Shown here: positions 39,432 to 48,657 of the stretch, one piece after another
How positions within the stretch are numbered: position 1 is the stretch's first letter
How the letters are laid out: every line of letters begins with the position of its first letter
Assembly (NCBI GenBank): GCA_016208465.1
Contig: JACQXZ010000012.1
Span: forward strand, 3,141 to 58,014
Direction of reading: 5' to 3'
DNA: 54,874 nt
From: Actinomycetota bacterium
Lineage (GTDB): Bacteria > Actinomycetota > Aquicultoria > JACQXZ01
Notes under the pieces: model-generated
Database searches by the model: none
Told to the model about the DNA's origin: nothing
Seen by the model: only the letters and a program-made list of their open reading frames with translations
Made by a program: the position numbers and the translations under genes

Positions 39432-40106
39432 ATGAGGATTAATTTGTATCAAATTAAAAATTATAAGTTTAGACTAATTTTTTATTTTTTTATTTCAATA
39501 TTTTTTATTCTTTTGTTTAATGGCTGTGGGAGAGAAACAGAAGATGAATTGGTTACTCAACCCAAAAAATCTGACAATCAGTCCGAGAATATAAAATTAA
39601 AAACCAAATCAGACAGTATAACTTTCTGGAAGACTCATACAAACAAAAGATACAATTATTCAATAAGTTATCCTGATAATTGGAGAATGGATGATGATTC
39701 AAGAAATGACTGGAAGGGACAAGGTTATATATCATCAAGACTCGAACTTCATCGATATGGGGCAAAGCAGGTTTCGCAAGATAGATTTAAAGATGGCGCA
39801 TGGTTAATGATTTATATAGCTGGTAATCCTAATAATCTTGCATTGAATGAATGGGTTAAACAAAAAGGGTTTACGGGCAAACAGGAAGAAATAAAAATTG
39901 GCAGTATAAAGGCGGTTAAGATTTCTAATGAAGTAAGCTTGCCGGACAGTTCGGGTCAAAGTGAAATTAAAAGCACGGCAACAGATGTTTATATTTCATA
40001 TGGTGGAAAAATTTATAATATTTCCTCTCAGACCTTTGGAGAGGATTATCAGAAGTAGAGGGAAATAATAGATCAAATTGTGGCTTCATTCAGGTTTTTA
40101 ATTTAA
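39432..40106 (+). pseudogene. Lipoprotein with PsbP-like domain, internal TAG at 40056
   Basis: Lipobox LFNGC; YSISYPDNW; frame continues REIIDQIVASFRFLI after the TAG. Confidence 0.6.
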
Positions 40107-40118
40107 AGACGGTGAAAA

Positions 40119-40352
40119 GTGAATAGGGCGCATAAGGAATTAGAGGTTTGAGAGGAAAGCATTACCGGAGGTTCTTTGAGTGAGTTGGATACTCAGACCG
40201 AAATAGCTTCAAATCTGAAATACTTAAACAATGAGCAAAGACAAAACTTTGAAACAAGACTTGAGTCTATTGCTAAAAAATTAGCAGGATTAATTTCTCA
40301 TACTTTCCATTCACTTTTAACCATTCACCTTTCACTAATTTATGACCTGTGA
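40119..40352 (+). pseudogene. Four-helix-bundle (23S rRNA IVP-like) gene relic
   Basis: MNRAHKELEV*EESI fused in frame to GSLSELDTQTEIASNLKYL...IAKKLAGLI; flanked by inverted GTGAAAA/TTCACTT heptamers. Confidence 0.75.
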
Positions 40353-40400
40353 CTTACAACTTGTGACTTTCAGTTCCGACTTGTTCGGGTTAGGAAAGAA

Positions 40401-40808
40401 ATGAAATGGGTATTATCAGAAAACAAGGCAATGATGAATAAAAGAAATTTTTTTATTGTTCTGATTTTAGTTTATTTGCTCACAAATCTGTCCACTGTCT
40501 TTGCCGCAAATCCTTCGGAAATTCAAAGCAAAGAATTTTTGAACAATATTTTGCTTACGTTATCTATATTATTTGTTTTTTTGTTTTTTGGTGGAGCAAT
40601 TTTGATAATAATAGCGGCATCGTTACAGACAAGAAAAATTTTATTAAGCTACAAAGATCTTTCAATTGAAAAAATTAAAGAAATAGAAGAGCAGCGCAAG
40701 AAAGCTGTTTTAAAGACTTTAAAAATTTTCACTATTGGTGAATTAATTATTATTTTGATTTTGATTGTTTTATTTGGCATTTTATGGTATTTGAATATTG
40801 AAAGGTGA
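40401..40808 (+). CDS. Hypothetical membrane protein
   Basis: Signal-like segment plus two TMs; start may be 40431. Confidence 0.55.
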   Translation: MKWVLSENKAMMNKRNFFIVLILVYLLTNLSTVFAANPSEIQSKEFLNNILLTLSILFVFLFFGGAILIIIAASLQTRKILLSYKDLSIEKIKEIEEQRKKAVLKTLKIFTIGELIIILILIVLFGILWYLNIER

Positions 40809-40992
40809 GATGCGAGGTCACAAGTCGAAGGTCACAAGACACAAGTAAAGAAAAGACGCAAAAGTTCGAAGTTCTATCTCCTAAGTCATAGAAAAGAGTA
40901 GGTTCTAGAAGGCAGTAAGAATAAATTAGGAGTTTTTTATTTTATGGAGAAACAATAAGAAAAGATGGACGAGGGGAAATTCAGGCGTAAAA

Positions 40993-41601
40993 ATGGATCT
41001 AGAAAAAGCGGAAGCTGAAAAAATTAATTATGTACGATTATTTAGAATCTGCTCGTTTCTTGTTACTGTTTTTGTTTTAATTCTTGTTTTTGGCGCTACT
41101 ACGCCAATTGATTTAGGTGTAAGAGCGGATCCCCAAAAGGCTAATATTCTTGCTAATATGCAGGATAGGTTTACTAATCTTCAGTTAGGCATTAATAGTT
41201 TTGAAGGCATCATAACCAGCGAGGAGGCAACTTCTTACATTGTTTACAATGTAAAGGATTTTCCTCTTGAGAATGTCCAAATAAAATTTGAAGATGAATT
41301 AGTGAAGCTTTCAGGAACTCTGGTAAAACCAATTCGACTGCAGTTGTTTACCAGTTTTAAAATTGTAGCTCAAAATAGCAAACCTGTTTTTGATGGTATC
41401 AAGGAGCTTCAGGTTGGGTATTTGCCGATTCCTGTGTTTTTGATTGAAAAAGCTTTGGAGAATAATCAGGATTTTCAAAGACTAAAAAGCGGCGATGCTT
41501 ATCAGTCTACCATTAAAGTTGAAGAAATTAAGATTGAAGATAATGTATTGAAGTTTAAATTGTTAATTCCTGTTTCTGTTGATCCTGCTTCTTTTAAATA
41601 A
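40993..41601 (+). CDS. Membrane-anchored hypothetical protein
   Basis: Single N-terminal TM; beta-rich C-terminus (LQVGYLPIP). Confidence 0.6.
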   Translation: MDLEKAEAEKINYVRLFRICSFLVTVFVLILVFGATTPIDLGVRADPQKANILANMQDRFTNLQLGINSFEGIITSEEATSYIVYNVKDFPLENVQIKFEDELVKLSGTLVKPIRLQLFTSFKIVAQNSKPVFDGIKELQVGYLPIPVFLIEKALENNQDFQRLKSGDAYQSTIKVEEIKIEDNVLKFKLLIPVSVDPASFK

Positions 41602-41628
41602 TTTGACATAGGTTTGATATTAAGGTAA

Positions 41629-41721
41629 AAGGGCTATAGGCGATAGGCTATAGGTCGCAGGGTCTAGATTGAAAGTTCAAATATACATCCCATTGCCTCT
41701 GACCTCTAGCCTCTTGCCTAT
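41629..41721. repeat. Second copy of the GCTATAG heptamer-pair element
   Basis: Same arms and same core GATTGAAAGTTYAAATA as 35029-35125. Confidence 0.75.
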
Positions 41722-41736
41722 CTTATAATTCAAGAG

Positions 41737-44394
41737 GTGAATTTGTTGTCCGAAGAAATTCTGTCAAAAGTTTACGATCCAAAAGAAACAGAGAATAAAT
41801 GGTATGCTTTCTGGCTCAAGAAGGATTATTTTCACGCAGTGATAGATAAAAATAAAGATCCGTTTTGTATTGTAATTCCTCCGCCCAATGTAACTGGTTC
41901 TTTGCATATGGGTCACGCGCTTAATAATGTTTTACAGGATATTGTTATTCGCCAGAAAAGGATGGAAGGAAAATCAACCTTGTGGCTTCCGGGAACCGAT
42001 CATGCGGGAATTGCGACACAGAATGTGGTTGAACATCAGTTAGCCGCTGAAGGAGTTACCCGTCAGGATTTAGGGCGCGAGAAATTTATTGAAAGAGTAT
42101 GGAAATGGAAAGAGCAGTATGGAAGCACAATCATTAATCAGTTAAAACGATTAGGCTGTTCCTGTGACTGGAAACGTGAAAGATTTACCATGGACGAGGG
42201 TTGTTCGAAAGCGGTTCGTGAGGTTTTTGTCAAGCTCTACGAAGAAGGGTTGATTTATCGAGGCAGTTATATTATCAACTGGTGTCCCAGATGTCATACC
42301 GCTTTATCTGATATTGAGGTTGAACATCAGGAAACAGAAGGCAGTTTGTGGTATATTAAATATCTTTTTAAAGATTCAGATGATTATTTAACTGTAGCCA
42401 CAACCCGTCCCGAGACTCTTCTTGGAGATACGGCTGTCGCGGTTAGTCCAAACGATGAACGTTATAAACACTTGATTGGCAAAACTCTGATTCTTCCTGT
42501 TCTAAAAAAGGAAACCCCACTCATCGCGGATGATTTTGTTGATATGAAATTCGGAACAGGAGTAGTTAAAGTTACTCCGGCTCATGATCCAAATGATTTT
42601 GAAATTGGTCTTCGTCACAATCTTCCTCAAGTAAATATTTTTACTCCCGATGCAAAAATTAATGAAAATGGCGGTAGATATAATGGGCTTGATCGTTATG
42701 AATGCCGTCGGTTGATCATAAAAGATTTAGAAAAGGAAGGGCTGATTGAAAAAATTGATAAGCATATTCATTCGGTTGGCCATTGTTATCGCTGTAATAC
42801 TATTGTTGAACCTTATTTATCTCTTCAGTGGTTTGTTAAAATGAAACCTCTCGCTGAAAAAGCAATTAAAGCGGTTGAAGATAAAAAAACAGTTTTTGTT
42901 CCTTCAAGATGGGAAAAACTTTATTTTGACTGGATGAATAATATTCGTGACTGGTGTATCTCGCGTCAAATCTGGTGGGGTCATCGGATTCCTGTCTGGT
43001 ATTGCGATGATTGTTCCGAGGTGATTGTCAGCACGAAAAATCCGGAAAACTGCGGTAAATGCGAGAGCAAAAATTTAACCCAAGAGACGGATGTTTTAGA
43101 CACATGGTTTAGTTCCGCGCTTTGGCCATTTTCAACTTTAGGCTGGCCCGACGAAACAGAAGATCTTAAATATTTTTACCCAACCTCGCTTCTATCAACC
43201 GGTTTTGATATTATTTTTTTCTGGGTGGCGAGAATGATGATGATGGGTCTTCATTTTTGCGGTGATGTTCCCTTTGAAAAAGTTTATATTCATGCTTTAA
43301 TCAGGGATGCGGAAGGAAAGAAAATGAGCAAGTCCCGCGGAAACGTAATGGATCCACTGGATTTAATTGATGAATATGGGACAGATGCGCTTCGTTTCAC
43401 TCTGGCATCGCTTGCGGTTCCCGGAAGAGATGTTTATTTGTCCGAGGAACGGATAGAGGGTTACAGAAATTTTATCAATAAGATCTGGAATGCCTCAAGG
43501 TTTGTTTTGATGAATCTGAATGATTTTGATAAAGACATAGATATAGATAGACTGGAATATACCTTAGCGGATAAATGGATACTCAGCCGTCTTAATCAAA
43601 CAATTGTAAAAGTAGAAGAATGTCTGGATAAGTTTAATTTTAGCGAAGCGGCTTATTTATTGTATAGTTTTATGTGGAGTGAGTTTTGTGATTGGTATAT
43701 TGAGTTATCTAAATCAAGATTATATTCGAAAGATGATTCTCCGTTTGAAAAACAAACTGCTCAATACATTTTAAATACTGTTTTGGATACTACACTCCGA
43801 CTACTTCATCCTTTAATTCCATTTGTGACAGAAGAAATCTGGCAGAAACTTCCTACAAAAGGCGAGAGTATTATGATGGCTGAGTGGCCCAAAAAGAATA
43901 ATTTATTGATTGATTTAGATGTTGAGAATAAAATGAGTTTAATTCAGGATGTGATAAGCGGAATCAGGAAAGCCCGTTCCGAACTTAACATTCCGCCATC
44001 GCAAAAAGCAAAGGTTGTAGTAAATGCCTTAAAAGATGAAACCAGACAGATATTGAAGAATTATTCAGATTATGTAATTAATCTTGCGAATTTAAGTGAT
44101 TTTAAAGTAGAGAAAAAAATTGAAAGACCAGAAAAATCCATTGTTGTAGTTGAGCATGGAATTGAGATTTTTATCTTGTTAGCTGATTTGATTGATTTTA
44201 ACAAGGAAGCTCAGAGAATTGAAAACGAGATTGCCAAAGTAAAAGATAAACTGGCAAAGATTGAGACTAAACTTTCTGATGGACAATTTATAGAAAAAGC
44301 TCCTTCTTATATTGTTGAAAAAAAGAAACAGGAAAGAGAAATTTTAGAAGATAAATTAAAGAAATTTGAAGATCAAATGAGGCTGATTAAATAA
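41737..44394 (+). CDS. valS: Valine--tRNA ligase
   Basis: HMGH, KMSKS, DWCISRQIWWGH. Confidence 0.98.
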   Translation: MNLLSEEILSKVYDPKETENKWYAFWLKKDYFHAVIDKNKDPFCIVIPPPNVTGSLHMGHALNNVLQDIVIRQKRMEGKSTLWLPGTDHAGIATQNVVEHQLAAEGVTRQDLGREKFIERVWKWKEQYGSTIINQLKRLGCSCDWKRERFTMDEGCSKAVREVFVKLYEEGLIYRGSYIINWCPRCHTALSDIEVEHQETEGSLWYIKYLFKDSDDYLTVATTRPETLLGDTAVAVSPNDERYKHLIGKTLILPVLKKETPLIADDFVDMKFGTGVVKVTPAHDPNDFEIGLRHNLPQVNIFTPDAKINENGGRYNGLDRYECRRLIIKDLEKEGLIEKIDKHIHSVGHCYRCNTIVEPYLSLQWFVKMKPLAEKAIKAVEDKKTVFVPSRWEKLYFDWMNNIRDWCISRQIWWGHRIPVWYCDDCSEVIVSTKNPENCGKCESKNLTQETDVLDTWFSSALWPFSTLGWPDETEDLKYFYPTSLLSTGFDIIFFWVARMMMMGLHFCGDVPFEKVYIHALIRDAEGKKMSKSRGNVMDPLDLIDEYGTDALRFTLASLAVPGRDVYLSEERIEGYRNFINKIWNASRFVLMNLNDFDKDIDIDRLEYTLADKWILSRLNQTIVKVEECLDKFNFSEAAYLLYSFMWSEFCDWYIELSKSRLYSKDDSPFEKQTAQYILNTVLDTTLRLLHPLIPFVTEEIWQKLPTKGESIMMAEWPKKNNLLIDLDVENKMSLIQDVISGIRKARSELNIPPSQKAKVVVNALKDETRQILKNYSDYVINLANLSDFKVEKKIERPEKSIVVVEHGIEIFILLADLIDFNKEAQRIENEIAKVKDKLAKIETKLSDGQFIEKAPSYIVEKKKQEREILEDKLKKFEDQMRLIK

Positions 44395-45771
44395 TTGGAT
44401 TTTAAAGAAGCCATTCAGTATCTTGAATCAACAATTAAATATGGAATTAATCCAAGTCTTAGCAGAATTATTGATTTATGCAACAGACTGGGGAATCCAG
44501 AGCGCAAATTTAAAGTAATTCATATTACAGGAACAAACGGCAAAACATCCACAACAAAAATTATTTCCTCTATTCTTAATCAAATGGGATTCACCGTTGG
44601 GGCTTATACTTCTCCTCACCTTGAAACAGTAAGAGAAAGAATTGTTGTCAATAATCGGATGATTTCAGAAAGAGATTTTGCGGAATGTATTTCGAAAATA
44701 AAGCCCATGGTTGAAGAAGTAAACAAAAAACACAAGGAGCACCTAACCTATTTTGAAATTTTAACCGCGCTTGCTTTTGTATATTTTGCGGAAAAAGAGG
44801 TAGATTGTGCTGTAATTGAAGTTGGCATGGGCGGGAGATGGGATGCCACAAATATTGTTGTGCCCGATGTTGCGGTAGTGCTTAAAATCAGGTTAGATCA
44901 TACTGATTTATTGGGCAACACTATTGTTGAGATTGCAAAAGAGAAGTCTAAAATAGTTAAGAAAGGCTGTAAAGCAATAACCTCCGAATCGCAAAAAGAT
45001 GTTTTAAGGATTATCAGGGAACGCTGCAGGCGCGAGAAAGTTGAATTAAAAGTTTATGAAGATAACCCCCCTCTGTCCCCCCTTGGTAAGGGGGCTCACC
45101 CCCCTCTGTCCCCCCTTGGTAAGGGGGGAATTAAAGGGGGGTTATCAGACGAAAAAGGTTTTTCCTCTATTATAAAATCAAAGAAAGACGGCAATTGGTT
45201 AATTGATATTAAAGGAATTTATTCTGCCTATAAAAATTTAAAGCTTCCTCTGATTGGAAGGCATCAGATTGACAATTGTGCGGCGGCTGTAGCGGCAGTA
45301 GAACTATTTTACGGGAAAGCTTTGCCTGTCGAGAAGCTAAAGAAAGCGCTTGCCAAAGTAAAATGTTTTGGGCGGCTTGAATTAGTTAGCGAGAATCCTC
45401 TTATTGTTTTGGATGGAGCTCATAATCCTGATGGCGCGACGGCTCTTTCAAGAGCGCTTAGAGACGAGTTTGATTACGAACATCTTATTTTAATTATAGC
45501 GGTTCTTTACGACAAAGATGTGGAAAGTATTTTTAATGAACTGATTCCCCTTGCTTCAATGGTAGTAGTTACCCAGAATTCAAATAACCGTTGCGCGCCA
45601 GTGGAATTTTTGAAGGAAATAGTGGCTGGATTTAATTGTGATTTTATGGTTGAACCAAAACTTTCCTCGGCAATAAAAGCAGGATTAGATTATTCGGGCA
45701 AGGATGACTTAATCTGTATTACAGGTTCTTTATATACAGTAGGCGAGGCAAGAGAAATATTAGTAAAATAA
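44395..45771 (+). CDS. folC: Folylpolyglutamate synthase/dihydrofolate synthase
   Basis: ITGTNGKTS, YTSPHL, EVGMGGRWDATN, LDGAHN. Confidence 0.96.
   Translation: MDFKEAIQYLESTIKYGINPSLSRIIDLCNRLGNPERKFKVIHITGTNGKTSTTKIISSILNQMGFTVGAYTSPHLETVRERIVVNNRMISERDFAECISKIKPMVEEVNKKHKEHLTYFEILTALAFVYFAEKEVDCAVIEVGMGGRWDATNIVVPDVAVVLKIRLDHTDLLGNTIVEIAKEKSKIVKKGCKAITSESQKDVLRIIRERCRREKVELKVYEDNPPLSPLGKGAHPPLSPLGKGGIKGGLSDEKGFSSIIKSKKDGNWLIDIKGIYSAYKNLKLPLIGRHQIDNCAAAVAAVELFYGKALPVEKLKKALAKVKCFGRLELVSENPLIVLDGAHNPDGATALSRALRDEFDYEHLILIIAVLYDKDVESIFNELIPLASMVVVTQNSNNRCAPVEFLKEIVAGFNCDFMVEPKLSSAIKAGLDYSGKDDLICITGSLYTVGEAREILVK
45061..45146. repeat. Tandem GC-rich palindromic insertion in frame in folC
   Basis: Two CCCCCTTGGTAAGGGGG hairpins (33-bp period) bounded by GATAACCCCCC/GGGGGGTTATC. 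Confidence 0.85.
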
Positions 45772-45881
45772 TAAAAAATAAAATCTAGGAATTTAAGGAA
45801 GCAAGAAGAAAATATAATAAATTAGATATTAGTTTCTTAGTCGTCAAATTCTTGCTTTTTTTGGCAGAGCGTATAAGATGG

Positions 45882-46009
45882 GTCACAAAGTCACAAGGAC
45901 ACATGTTTAGAAGACAGATTACGGAAGTCAGAAAACAGATTTTTTGAAAACTCCACTTTTATTTAGTCTGTCCTCTGAACTTGCGACCTGTGACTTGCAA
46001 CTTGTGACT
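45882..46009. repeat. Nested heptamer pairs (outer GTCACAA, inner AGACAGA type)
   Basis: GTCACAAAGTCACAAGGACAC...AGAAGACAGA...TCTGTCCTCTG...ACTTGCGACCTGTGACTTGCAACTTGTGAC. Confidence 0.7.
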
Positions 46010-46038
46010 TTTAATTCCGACTATAGACAGGAGAAACA

Positions 46039-46309
46039 TTGAATGCTTTTGAATCGATAGTTTCATTTTTTCAGTCGCCAATTTTTAAATTTACAATCAG
46101 GTTTACAATTTGGTTTATGTTTATTCTCTGGATAAGTCTGGTTTTCTGGACATTCAGAGACGTTTTGCCCGAATTGCAGTAAATTAGTTGAAAAAGATTT
46201 TTTAATTTGCCCCTATTGTGAGGAAAAACTTAAAATAGAATGCCCCGGTTGCAATAGCCCGCTTGAGAAAGACTGGAAAGCCTGTCCTTATTGTAAGAAA
46301 ATTCTCTAA
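46039..46309 (+). pseudogene. Membrane double-zinc-ribbon protein with internal deletion and frameshift
   Basis: SD AGGAG and TTG start; TM ending WTFRD; second frame CPNC..CPYC..CPGC..CPYC. Confidence 0.7.
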
Positions 46310-46317
46310 GAAAAGAT

Positions 46318-46424
46318 GTCACAAGTCACAGGTCACAAAGTCACAAGTAGCAAAGGATGGAAAAAGAAGGTTCAAAAGATTGATTGTTTAAAGCTTTCAA
46401 CTTATGACTTAAAACTTATGACTT
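46318..46424. repeat. Inverted GTCACAA heptamer pair
   Basis: GTCACAAGTCACAGGTCACAAAGTCACAAGT ... ACTTATGACTTAAAACTTATGAC. Confidence 0.7.
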
Positions 46425-46439
46425 AAAGGAGGAATTATT

Positions 46440-46853
46440 TTGCAGAAAACTTTTGTAATGATTAAACCGGATGGGGTAAAAAAGAATATAATCGGAGAGG
46501 TAATTAAACGTTTTGAAGCAAAAGGATTAAAAGTTATTGGTTTAAAACTGCTTCAGCTTTCGAAAGAAAAAGCGGAGGAACTTTATTCAATCCATCGCGA
46601 AAGGCCATTTTTTGAGAGTCTGGTTAATTTTGTTACTTCAGGACCAGTGGTAGTTATGGTTTTAACCGGAGATGATGTTGTCAGGATTGTAAGAGAAACA
46701 ATGGGAGCAACTAATCCTAAAGAGGCTGATCCGGGAACAATCAGGGCTGATTTCGCGGAAGAAATTGAAGAGAACATCGTTCATGGTTCCGATTCTGAAG
46801 AAAGCGCTTCAAGAGAAATTCCAATATTTTTTAGCCAGAATGAGTTATGTTAG
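46440..46853 (+). CDS. ndk: Nucleoside diphosphate kinase
   Basis: IKPDGV, PGTIR, NIVHGSDS. Confidence 0.97.
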   Translation: MQKTFVMIKPDGVKKNIIGEVIKRFEAKGLKVIGLKLLQLSKEKAEELYSIHRERPFFESLVNFVTSGPVVVMVLTGDDVVRIVRETMGATNPKEADPGTIRADFAEEIEENIVHGSDSEESASREIPIFFSQNELC

Positions 46854-46867
46854 TTTAAGGATTAAAA

Positions 46868-47431
46868 TTGAATAAATTAATTGCTCTAAATAACGTTAAC
46901 CAAAAATTTATTCATCAGGTTGAAAGTATAAGCAAACAAAAGGTCTCAAATTGTTATCAGTGCGGAAAATGCACTGCAAGTTGCCCTGCCGATTTTCTGA
47001 TGGATATTTCTCCTAATCAGATAATGCATCTTATTCAGATAGGTCAGAAAGATGAAATTTTAAATTCTGACTCAATATGGGTTTGCTTATCCTGTATTAC
47101 CTGCACTGCCCGTTGTCCCCGTGAGATTGATATTACTTCAGTTTTTAATGCTTTGAGAATCATCTCGAGAAAAGAAAAAAGACCAGTTTCAATAAGAAAC
47201 GTAAAATTATTTTTTGATATTGTTTTAAGTTCAATAAAAAATCAGGGGCGATTGAACGAAGTACCTTTGCTCCTAAAATATAATTTATGGTCAGGAATGT
47301 TATTGAATGATGCTGATTTGGCTCCAAGCCTTCTTGGCAGGGGAAAACTTCATTTTATCAGGAGACACAAAGTAAAGGAAATTAAAGAAATTCGTCAGAT
47401 ATTTAGCAGAAGTAGAATTTCTGATTCATAA
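46868..47431 (+). CDS. hdrC: Heterodisulfide reductase subunit C
   Basis: CYQCGKCTASCP, CLSCITCTARCP. Confidence 0.9.
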   Translation: MNKLIALNNVNQKFIHQVESISKQKVSNCYQCGKCTASCPADFLMDISPNQIMHLIQIGQKDEILNSDSIWVCLSCITCTARCPREIDITSVFNALRIISRKEKRPVSIRNVKLFFDIVLSSIKNQGRLNEVPLLLKYNLWSGMLLNDADLAPSLLGRGKLHFIRRHKVKEIKEIRQIFSRSRISDS

Positions 47432-47485
47432 GTTTCAGCGTGTTGTATTAAGATTATTTCGTAAAAAAGTTGATCGTTTTAGACT

Positions 47486-47686
47486 AAATTAAAAATAAAA
47501 AATCAAATATCAAAATGACAAATCAAAATTCAAAAATAAGCTTAAAAAGCTGTAAGCTTTTTAAGAAAAACGAAAAAGATAACTAAATAATTAACTTTTC
47601 GCATATTTACTTTGAAAAGCTGGAAATAATTTTTTTATTTTAATATGTATTTTTGATTTTTTATCTTTGATTTTTGATTTATTTTT
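47486..47686. repeat. Inverted AT-rich (ATCAAAA-type) heptamer pair between hdrC and hdrB
   Basis: AAAAATCAAATATCAAAATGACAAATCAAAATTCAAAAAT ... ATTTTTGATTTTTTATCTTTGATTTTTGATTT. Confidence 0.65.
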
Positions 47687-47749
47687 CATCTTTAAGCTTT
47701 GTTATTTGGAATTTCTAACTGCACTACTTGTTTTACAGAAGGGGATATA

Positions 47750-48628
47750 ATGTCTCAATACGCATATTATCCGGGTTGCTCGCTTGAAGGCACAGGGATT
47801 GAATTTGACCAGTCAAGTCGGGCAATCGCGAAAGCTCTGGGAATTAAATTGAAAGAACTTCCAGACTGGAATTGTTGCGGCGCCTCACAGATGCATAAGA
47901 TAGATCCAGTTTTGGCGGTTGCTGTTCCAGCGAGGAATTTAGCCATGGCTGAAAAATTAAAACTGGACATTACTGCGCCTTGTCCTGCTTGTTCAATTCG
48001 TTTAAAAACCGCAAACTATAAGATGGAGCGAGATGAAAAGCTTAAAGAAAAAGTTAATAGTCTGCTCCCCCATCCTTACAACCTGACTGTTAAAGCTCAG
48101 TCTTTTTTAGAAACAGTTTATAAAGAAAATTCAGCAGAGCGTATTCGTGAAATTAAAAAATATTCTCTTGATAAATTTAAAATCGCACCCTATTATGGAT
48201 GTTTAGTGGTAAGACCAAAGGAGATAGCTCAATTTGATGATGACGAGAATCCAACTTCAATGGATGAGTTATTGGCTGCTTGCGGAGCTGAAATAATTGA
48301 TTATCCTTTCAAAACAGAATGCTGTGGCGCTTCATATGGTTTAACTAAAAAAGAAATGGTTTTAAAATTAACGGCTGATTTGCTTGAGCAGGCTGTTAAG
48401 CGGGGAGCAAATGCGGTTGCAGTTGCCTGTCCGTTATGTCATCAGAATCTTGATGTAAGACAGAAACAAATTAATTCCAAATTAAAAATGAATTTAAATA
48501 TTCCTGTTTATTATTTTACAGAATTAATCGGACTCGCTCTTGGTTTTAATGTTAAAAGATTAGGTATTGATAAGCACGGTGTTAGTTCTGTTCGGCAGGT
48601 GGAAAGATTGTTAGGTTATAAGTTGTAA
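47750..48628 (+). CDS. hdrB: Heterodisulfide reductase subunit B
   Basis: YYPGC, two CCG domains, ACPLC; start ATG 47750 after GAAGGGG. Confidence 0.92.
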   Translation: MSQYAYYPGCSLEGTGIEFDQSSRAIAKALGIKLKELPDWNCCGASQMHKIDPVLAVAVPARNLAMAEKLKLDITAPCPACSIRLKTANYKMERDEKLKEKVNSLLPHPYNLTVKAQSFLETVYKENSAERIREIKKYSLDKFKIAPYYGCLVVRPKEIAQFDDDENPTSMDELLAACGAEIIDYPFKTECCGASYGLTKKEMVLKLTADLLEQAVKRGANAVAVACPLCHQNLDVRQKQINSKLKMNLNIPVYYFTELIGLALGFNVKRLGIDKHGVSSVRQVERLLGYKL

Positions 48629-48657
48629 GGTCACAAGGATACAAGTCACAAGTAAAT

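Noticed and set aside
40056-40151. Stop-codon reassignment (TAG at 40056, TGA at 40149)
   Set aside because: TAG and TGA terminate many conserved genes at their normal ends (lon, ndk, tig, hdrA); isolated nonsense changes are simpler
41602-41736. T-box leader upstream of valS
   Set aside because: The gap is short and occupied by the heptamer element; no T-box consensus is visible
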